Shown here: positions 59,337 through 64,000 of the stretch, one piece after another | Layout of the letters: each line of letters opens with the position of its first letter | How positions within the stretch are numbered: the first letter of the stretch is position 1 | From: Ignavibacteria bacterium | GTDB lineage: Bacteria > Bacteroidota > Ignavibacteria > Tepidaquicellales > OLB5 | DNA: 64,000 bases | Direction of reading: 5' to 3' | Assembly: GCA_019912545.1 (NCBI GenBank) | Contig: JAIOIK010000112.1 | Span: 10,038-74,037, forward strand | Position numbers and translations under genes: made by a program | The notes under the pieces: generated by a model | The model's input: only the letters and a program-made list of their open reading frames with translations | Told to the model about the DNA's origin: nothing | The model's database searches: none

Positions 59337-61097
59337 ATGATACATAAATTTGATGTTGTAATTGTAGGGGCAGGCGGAGCTGGCTTGCGCGCTGCAGTTG
59401 AGATCCCCAAAGAATATTCCTGTGCAGTAATATCTAAAGTATTCCCGACACGCTCTCATACAGGAACTGCGCAGGGCGGCGTTTGCGCAGCATTATCCAA
59501 TGAAGAAGAAGATTCATGGCTTAACCATGCATTTGATACCGTAAAGGGATCGGACTATCTTGGCGACCAGGACGCAATAGAAATAATGTGCCAGGATGCT
59601 CCAAGGGCAATTATTGAACTTGAACACATGGGCATGCCTTTTTCGCGCACTAAAGAAGGCAAAATCGCACAGCGCATGTTTGGCGGACATACCAAACCTG
59701 ACGATCCTAATGACCCGAATTCAAAGAGGCATTCAGTGAAACGCGCATGCTATTCTGCTGATAGGACCGGCCATGTTATGCTCCAAACTTTGTATGAGAA
59801 TTGTATTAAAAATAATGTTAACTTTTTCTCTGAATATTTCATTACCGATCTTATCATTGAAGATGGCATTTGCAAAGGTTTGACTGCGATCGATATGGCT
59901 ACTTCTGAAATTCATACTTTCCAGGCAAAAGCCATTATGTTTGCAACCGGCGGTTATGGAAGAGTATTCAGGATAACTTCAAACGCACATGTTGGAACGG
60001 GTGACGGATGTGCGCTGGTATATAATGCAGGTTTGCCTCTTGAAGATATGGAATTTTTCCAGTTCCACCCAACTGGCCTGTGGAGGCTTGGAATATTAGT
60101 ATCCGAAGCAGCAAGAGGCGAAGGCGGAATACTAAGGAACAATAAGCATGAGCCTTTCATGGAAGTTTATGCGCCCACGGTTAAGGACCTTGCTCCGCGT
60201 GATATGGTTTCAAGAGCAATTATTTCTGAAATTCGCGCAGGAAGAGGAATACTTGGAAGCGACGGAACTTATTACATTGATCTTGACTTAACCCACCTTG
60301 GCAAGAAAGTTATTGATGAAAAGATCCCTGAAATCACCGGCTTTGCAAGAACTTATCTCGGAGTTGAGCCTACAAAAGAGTGCGTTCCGATACAGCCTAC
60401 TGCTCATTACGCTATGGGCGGCATCCCTACAAATTTTGATACTGAAGTTCTCGCAGATAACAGCGGTAATAAAATCAAAGGATTTTATGCGGCGGGTGAA
60501 TGCGCATGTGTATCTGTCCACGGAGGAAACAGGCTGGGTACAAATTCACTTTTAGATATTGTGGTATTTGGCAGGCGCGGAGGAAAGAAGATCTCCGAGT
60601 ACTTAAAAACAGCAGAAGAGCATACATTCAATACTGACCCGGCTGATAAAACCAGGGAATTGATGAACAAACTGCTTGTGCAAACCGGAAATGAAAAGAT
60701 CTCAGTCATACGCAGGGAGCTTCAGGAAAACATGATGGATAAATGCGGGATATTCCGCAACCAGGCTGATCTTGAACAAATGAAAGTGAAGATCAAAGAA
60801 TTACAGCAAAGATACTGCAGTATAACTATTCTGGATAAGAGCAAAGTATTTAATACCGATCTTATTGAAACAATTGAGCTTGGTAACCTGCTTGATATTG
60901 CAGAAAGCATTAATGAAAGCGCGCTTAACCGAACCGAATCCCGCGGCGCGCACACAAGGGTAGATTTTCCTAAACGTGATGATGCCGGCTGGATGAAACA
61001 TTCTTTCATTTGGAAGAATACAACAGGCGGCGATCCGAAGATCGGTTACAAACCGGTTGTTGTAACGCAGTTTCAACCAATGGAAAGAAAATACTGA
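59337..61097 (+). CDS. sdhA: Succinate dehydrogenase / fumarate reductase flavoprotein subunit
   Basis: VVIVGAGGAGLRAA, the SHTGTAQGG FAD-histidyl site, HPTG, and RGEGG. Confidence 0.92.
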   Translation: MIHKFDVVIVGAGGAGLRAAVEIPKEYSCAVISKVFPTRSHTGTAQGGVCAALSNEEEDSWLNHAFDTVKGSDYLGDQDAIEIMCQDAPRAIIELEHMGMPFSRTKEGKIAQRMFGGHTKPDDPNDPNSKRHSVKRACYSADRTGHVMLQTLYENCIKNNVNFFSEYFITDLIIEDGICKGLTAIDMATSEIHTFQAKAIMFATGGYGRVFRITSNAHVGTGDGCALVYNAGLPLEDMEFFQFHPTGLWRLGILVSEAARGEGGILRNNKHEPFMEVYAPTVKDLAPRDMVSRAIISEIRAGRGILGSDGTYYIDLDLTHLGKKVIDEKIPEITGFARTYLGVEPTKECVPIQPTAHYAMGGIPTNFDTEVLADNSGNKIKGFYAAGECACVSVHGGNRLGTNSLLDIVVFGRRGGKKISEYLKTAEEHTFNTDPADKTRELMNKLLVQTGNEKISVIRRELQENMMDKCGIFRNQADLEQMKVKIKELQQRYCSITILDKSKVFNTDLIETIELGNLLDIAESINESALNRTESRGAHTRVDFPKRDDAGWMKHSFIWKNTTGGDPKIGYKPVVVTQFQPMERKY

Positions 61098-61153
61098 TCA
61101 TGTAAATGGTCATAGGTCAAAACAATTTAAGATAAATTAATAAACGATCTAAA

Positions 61154-61861
61154 ATGCAAGTTACATTTAAGATTCTAAGATATAACCCCGAAAAAGACAA
61201 AGAACCTCATTATGAGCAGTACAGGTTTGAAGCATCTGAAAACATGACCGTATTGGACTGTTTGCATAAGATCAAGTGGGAGCATGACGGCAGCCTTGCA
61301 TTCAGGCGCTCATGCGCACACGGAGTTTGCGGCTCGGATGGCATGAGGATCAACGGGAAAAACTATCTTGCTTGCTCAACTTTGCTTAAGGTTCTGGATA
61401 CAAAAAAAACAATTACTATCGAGCCTCTTCCTTCACTACCTATTATTAAAGATCTTATCCTTGATATGACAGATTTTTATGATAAGTATAAAGCCGTTAA
61501 GCCCTACCTTATCAATAATTCGCCCACTACAGGAGATAGCGAAAGACTGCAATCAAACGCAGATGCAGAGAAGCTTTTCGAATCGGCAAAGTGTATCCTG
61601 TGCGCATGCTGTACAACAAGCTGCCCTTCTACCTGGACAAATGATAATTACATAGGCCCCGCTGCGCTGCTTAAAGCGTACAGGTTTGTATTTGATACCC
61701 GTGATGAAGCTGCTGATGAGCGGCTGGATATTATAGATACTCCTGACGGGATTTGGAGATGCCATACAATTTTTAACTGTGTCGAGTCGTGTCCGAAAGA
61801 AATTAACATCACTTGGCATATTTCACAGCTTAAGAAAGAGCTATCAAACAGGGAATTATAA
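61154..61861 (+). CDS. sdhB: Succinate dehydrogenase / fumarate reductase iron-sulfur subunit
   Basis: CAHGVCGSDGMRING (2Fe-2S), CILCACCTTSCP and CHTIFNCVESCP clusters. Confidence 0.92.
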   Translation: MQVTFKILRYNPEKDKEPHYEQYRFEASENMTVLDCLHKIKWEHDGSLAFRRSCAHGVCGSDGMRINGKNYLACSTLLKVLDTKKTITIEPLPSLPIIKDLILDMTDFYDKYKAVKPYLINNSPTTGDSERLQSNADAEKLFESAKCILCACCTTSCPSTWTNDNYIGPAALLKAYRFVFDTRDEAADERLDIIDTPDGIWRCHTIFNCVESCPKEINITWHISQLKKELSNREL

Positions 61862-61912
61862 TAAACGGCCTTCGATTTTAAAGGCCTGCCAGAGAGGCAG
61901 CAACAAAAAAGA

Positions 61913-64000
<2,088 letters not shown>

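Overview
This is a 64-kb chromosomal segment with about 60 genes on both strands. It looks AT-rich by eye (I could not compute GC). I infer an FCB-group bacterium, probably Ignavibacteria-like. The inference rests on five proteins plus one gene relic that carry a type IX secretion (T9SS) C-terminal sorting domain with the NYPNPFNP motif, and on -10 boxes of the TAnnTTTG type. Most of the window is housekeeping: tamB (partial), split hldA/hldC, aspS, ahcY, ppk1, gatA, tatA, purSQ, rsmA, mfd, sdhAB, obg (partial) and one tRNA-Thr(CGU). I saw no rRNA, CRISPR array, transposase, integrase or phage genes. Four regions stand out. (1) 9.9-16.5 kb holds a 1113-aa MalT-like STAND ATPase whose C-terminus is a SARP-type winged-helix plus BTAD domain. 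An exactly conserved promoter/operator (TGTAAG-N5-TGTAAG-N21-TATCTTTGTA) sits on each side of it. One copy drives two micro-ORFs that are too short (<60 aa) to appear in the supplied ORF track. The other drives an outer-membrane barrel gene. The barrel gene and a T9SS propeller gene are bracketed by 47-bp inverted repeats next to tRNA-Thr. (2) 28.7-31.8 kb is a tight minus-strand operon of an FMN reductase, a prokaryotic pentameric ligand-gated ion channel (FPFDRQ loop) and a Tat-exported flavin amine oxidase. (3) 43-54 kb is a T9SS exoprotease locus (M1, M14, S1 with P-domain, an SBBP propeller) with an embedded TonB-dependent receptor and a relic T9SS C-terminal domain (CTD). (4) Smaller oddities include a macro-domain/DUF433 gene pair, a 9-bp phased GAGTG repeat, a membrane glycosyltransferase-like gene with no canonical start codon beside the tRNA, and an orphan 416-aa protein whose stop overlaps the obg start. 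All calls come from reading and translating the sequence by eye. No database search was run.
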